A DNA stretch of 11,494 bases, taken from the NCBI RefSeq assembly GCF_006345805.1, contig NW_021826958.1, positions 1 to 11,494 on the forward strand, given 5' to 3'. The notes below the pieces were generated by a model. That model ran no database searches. It saw nothing but the letters and a program-made list of their open reading frames with translations, and was not told where the DNA came from. The position numbers were made by a program, and so were the translations under genes. How positions within the stretch are numbered: the first letter of the stretch is position 1; each line of letters begins with the position of its first letter. Below, one piece after another: positions 7,604 to 11,494 of this stretch. This DNA comes from Octopus sinensis. Taxonomy: Eukaryota.

Positions 7604-7851
7604 ATATATATATAATATATATATATAGTGTGGGTGTGTGTTTCTGGTCTGTGGTTCTCCCCCCAACATCGCTTGGCAACACCGATGCTGGTGTATTTAT
7701 GTCCCCGTAACTTAGCCGATCGGCCAAAGAGACCGATAGAGTAAGTACTAGGCTTACAATGAATAAGTCCTGAGATCGATTTGTTCGACTAGATACAGTG
7801 CTCCAGCATGGCCGCAGTTAAATGAGTGAAAGAAGTAAAAGAGTAAAGAGT
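7332..7851 (+). mobile_element. tRNA-derived SINE, family A, B box deleted, expanded internal (TA)n
   Basis: Colinear with 2028-2432 but lacks the 20 nt equivalent to 2075-2094 (junction 7379/7380); internal microsatellite at about 7474-7640; tail AAAAGAGTAAAGAGT. Confidence 0.9.
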
Positions 7852-8014
7852 AGGGGCATATAATAGAAGCTTGAGGTAGTCTGGCAAAATTTTCATTATG
7901 TGTATGCATATATCAATCACACAGAACGTTTTAAAATGATTTGGGTGAGATACGTACAGTATCTTAACTTTATTTCAAGTAACAACACCTGAAAAAAATC
8001 TTATCATTCAAAAA

Positions 8015-9110
8015 TATATGTTACGGAAGCTGAAATTATACAGAAGAATGTTGTTTCGCGCAGGATTTGTCTCACCATAATAAATTTGTTAAACTGTCTT
8101 ACACTGTCAACAGCGTATGACGAAGTACTAATAAATAATTCTGGCTACTTCAGACGAACTCATAAGAAGGTGTCTAAATTTTTTTTTTGAAGTCTGCACT
8201 CTGATAGAGGCTTTACTACTTTATTACAATGATGAGCACAAAGAAATTAAAAACGAATGTTGATCAGGTGATGCAGATTCTATGCAATTAGTAATGCTAG
8301 GATAAGAAGAATTATTGGTGTGTCTGCAATGTGTAGTAATGGATGGATGGAAGCACTCCGTCGGTTGATCCGTTCAACAGAACAGCCTGCTCGTGAAATT
8401 AACGTGTAAGTGGCTGAGCACTCCACAGACACGTGTACCCTTACAGAAAGAGGAAGTAAGAGTGAGAGAAAGTTGTGGTGAAAGAGTACAGCAGGGATCA
8501 CCACCATCCCTGCCGGAGCCTCATGGAGCTTTAGGTGTTTTCGCTCAATAAACACTCACAACGCCCGGTCTGAGAATCGAAACCGCGATCCTACGACCGG
8601 GAGTCCGCTGCCCTAACCGCTGAGCAATTGCGCCTCCACTGTGTAGTAATATACTGTAATATCTTGGCGAGGTAACCTTTAAGAGTAACATGAACCAAAT
8701 GACTGTGTGTATTGCTATATTATATAATACTATCTGTCACACTCACTAAATTAGCAGTGTTGTATGAGGCGGAATTCAACTCACCACAATAAATTTGTTT
8801 ATTAACTATCCCATACTGTCTCAAACCTTTGAAGAAATTCTAATAAATTAGTGAAATGAGGTCCAGACATACTCATAAGGAACTGTCTAAATTTTTATGA
8901 AGTCTGCACTCTGATAGATGCATTATTTCTTCGTTACAAAGTTGAACACAGAGGAGTTAGAAAAGAATGTTGATCATGTAATGCAGTTTTCTCTGCAATT
9001 AGTAATATTAGAATTGAAGAATTATAGGGGCCATTCCAATTTGTAGAAATATACTGTAATATCTTGTAAATGGTACCTTAAGGGTAACATTTGCCAATGA
9101 ATAACTGTGC
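8015..9110. repeat. Old head-to-tail tandem duplication, period about 400 bp, first unit interrupted by a SINE
   Basis: Shared blocks include CTCACCAyAATAAATTTGTT (8071/8780), TGAAGTCTGCACTCTGATAGA (8188/8898), GAATGTTGATCA (8255/8965) and AATATACTGTAATATCTTG (8648/9048). The offset is about 709 left of the SINE and about 400 right of it; the difference matches SINE plus one TSD (310 bp). Outer boundaries are approximate. Confidence 0.85.
8341..8639 (-). mobile_element. tRNA-derived SINE, family B, with two internal deletions and a (TCCA)n tail
   Basis: 11-bp TSD TGTGTAGTAAT at 8330-8340 and 8640-8650; head GGAGGCGCAAT begins at 8637. Lacks the equivalents of 6913-6981 (69 bp) and of 20 bp within 7055-7078; tail GTGCTTCCATCCATCC. 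Confidence 0.93.
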
Positions 9111-9155
9111 ATATATATATATATATATATTAATATATATATATATATATATATA
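9111..9155. repeat. (TA)n microsatellite
   Basis: Near-perfect TA run with one interruption. Confidence 0.93.
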
Positions 9156-9254
9156 GTGAAGGGAAGAAATGGAGCTGAACGAAGATTCTGCTACCCAGGT
9201 ATCGGTTAAATTTGAATAATCCTTAACAAGATAATTCATTTATCCACTTCAATA

Positions 9255-9580
9255 AATATATATATATATGTATATATGTATATATGTATATATAAGAACT
9301 ATATTTAGGAACTATATTTAGATCCGTACTAACAATGATTGATCTTTAAATCTAATTTGTTTTCTCTCCCATAGTCTCAAGCTATACCTATATATGTGTA
9401 TATATACATATATGTATGTGTATACATACATATATGTATATATATATACCTATATGTGTGTGTACATACATAAACGTATACATAAATTTGTGTGTGTATA
9501 CATATATACATACATACATAAATATACATATATTCTACGGCACACATACTTACATATATCGATTGATTGATTGATTGATT
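9255..9580. repeat. Degenerate (TA)/(TACA)/(ATTG) simple-sequence tract
   Basis: Interrupted TA and TACA runs ending in GATTGATTGATTGATTGATT at about 9561-9580, with a short unique stretch inside. Confidence 0.75.
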
Positions 9581-9679
9581 CGTTGACTCACTGACCAACT
9601 GATTGGCTGATAGATTTGGAGTGATTACATTGGCTGGACGATAAAAAGAAATCAATAAAAATTACTGCCAAAAATACAT

Positions 9680-9780
9680 ACATTCATATATGCATACACA
9701 GAAACACACACACGAATACAGCCATACATATATGTGAATATGTTATGTATGTGTGTATGTATGTATGTATGTATGTATAA
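9680..9780. repeat. (CA)/(TATG)n imperfect microsatellite
   Basis: CA and TATG runs are directly visible. Confidence 0.75.
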
Positions 9781-9984
9781 TCACATAAGAAATTATTCTA
9801 AATTAAAACTGCGTCAACAATAGACCAAATGATACGAGGAAAGAGTCAACAACAAGTAGGTCGATCAATTACTTAAGGGGAAATTACAAAAAGTATGGAA
9901 GTCATGTTGGACAATATTAAGATCTCTTAAGTAAGTGTTTGGAAAAAAAATACTTAACCCAGCCACAGATATAAGCAGAGACAC

Positions 9985-10081
9985 GTACACCCATACACAC
10001 ATACGCACATACACACCCCCCTATATATCTATATAATATACATATATATATACATATATCAACCAATATATATATACGGTT

Positions 10082-10162
<81 letters not shown>

Positions 10163-10274
10163 TATATATATATCTATATAATATAAAATTATATATATAA
10201 ATATATATACGGTCGGTCGATATATTATTTTATATGTATATATACATATATATAGTTATATATATGTATACATA

Positions 10275-10365
<91 letters not shown>
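9985..10365. repeat. Large (CA)/(TA)n microsatellite tract
   Basis: Long TA arrays with a few interruptions. Confidence 0.92.
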
Positions 10366-10679
10366 GTTGTGAGATTGTTGGTGAGTGCACACACAGTGAA
10401 TTGCAGAGGAGATAGAAGGAGGAGAGTGAGACTGACGTCGTTATATTGAACTTTGTGCTGTCCGGTACTTCACCAAAGAAAATTGCTCTCATCTCTTATT
10501 GAATGAAAATCAATTTGACTCAAACGTGAGGTTTTCGTTGAAATTACCATGATGGTGTCACAGAAACATTCCCTTGTTTCTACTTCAGAGAATTTTGTCT
10601 TATAGAATATAAGAACTTCTTTTGTTCTCAGAACGTGATTTGATACATCAGACTTATTCTTAAGAGAGTAGAATTAGAT

Positions 10680-11016
10680 TATATGTGTATGTGTGTATGC
10701 CTGTATATATGCATGTATGTATGTATGTTTGTATGTATGTATTTATGTATGTATGTATATGTATATGTATTTCTATGATTATACATGTAGGTGCGTATAT
10801 GTGTATATAAGAGTGTATCTATACGTATTTATAAGTTAATCTATCTATCTATCTATCTCTCTCTCTCTATATATATATATACACACACACTTATATATAT
10901 ATACATACATATATATATATATACATACATATATATATATATGTGTATATATACATACATACATATATATATATAAATATATATGTATATATACATACAT
11001 ATATACCATATATGTA

Positions 11017-11061
<45 letters not shown>

Positions 11062-11070
11062 TATCTATAT
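10680..11070. repeat. Compound (TATG)/(TCTA)/(CT)/(TA)/(CA) simple-sequence tract
   Basis: Successive di- and tetranucleotide runs. Confidence 0.9.
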
Positions 11071-11494
11071 GTACGAGTTTTTCTATGATATTTATCTTCG
11101 TTCCGACTTCTACTGCTTCTAAAGCGCTCTCGTTAACAATGACGTTCATGATGAGTATGTTAATATCAGCGGCGTCGATCTTGGTCAGAAGTTGATACGA
11201 AAATTACGATGCTCATAGTGATGGTAACCATGTCATTTACGATACTGTTTTGCGCTTGGTTACTACTTAGTCATTTACTACTTGTTTGCCTGCTTACCGC
11301 TTGGTAGTATCTTGATCTGTATTTCGAATACCACTATTTCCAACGCGCCAGAAAAGGTCTGAAAATTTGGGCTACTCGAAGCCGACTTGATTTTCTAACT
11401 ATGTAATTTTTTCACTCATATTTCATTTTACATTTCCTTTCTAAATGAGACATTGCGTCATATATAACGTTATTTATTGATTATTCTCTCATTG

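Noticed and set aside
6800-8555. Two similar ORFs starting MFIERKHLK (6800-7099 and 8280-8555)
   Set aside because: They are similar only because both lie in family-B SINE copies; they diverge by frameshift immediately afterwards.
8076-9104. Minus-strand exon model for the duplicated unit (CACAG acceptor, GTGAG donor in both units)
   Set aside because: All three minus frames contain several stops in both units, and homology extends beyond the putative splice sites.
9168-9215. CTGAACGAAG as a hammerhead core
   Set aside because: Wrong spacing and no GAAA after a closable stem.
11060-11200. Non-repetitive start of ORF 10853-11149 ([16 protein letters not shown]...)
   Set aside because: Only about 27 unique codons before it runs into (TA)n; the opposite strand is similarly open and there is no recognisable homology.

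Overview
Non-coding, AT-rich eukaryotic DNA, roughly a third of it TA/CA/TG/ATT microsatellite. From recall of the SINE families and the microsatellite density it looks like an octopus (coleoid cephalopod) intron or intergenic region; this is inference, no search was run. No protein-coding gene is supportable: the listed ORFs are microsatellite read-through, SINE-internal or within chance length. Supported content: three tRNA-derived SINE families (A: 3 copies; B: 2 copies; C: 2 insertions, one carrying a 184-bp internal duplication), four of these insertions with clear 11-17 bp target-site duplications (TSDs); a 236-bp Tc1/mariner-type MITE with TA TSD; a decayed tRNA-His(GTG); and a ~400-bp tandem duplication whose second unit preserves the empty site of a SINE insertion. 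The most unusual signal is a pair of minus-strand hammerhead-ribozyme-like motifs (2595-2630 and 2757-2818) of the minimal, palindromic-stem-III type known from Penelope-like elements, both with CCGAnGA instead of CUGAnGA.
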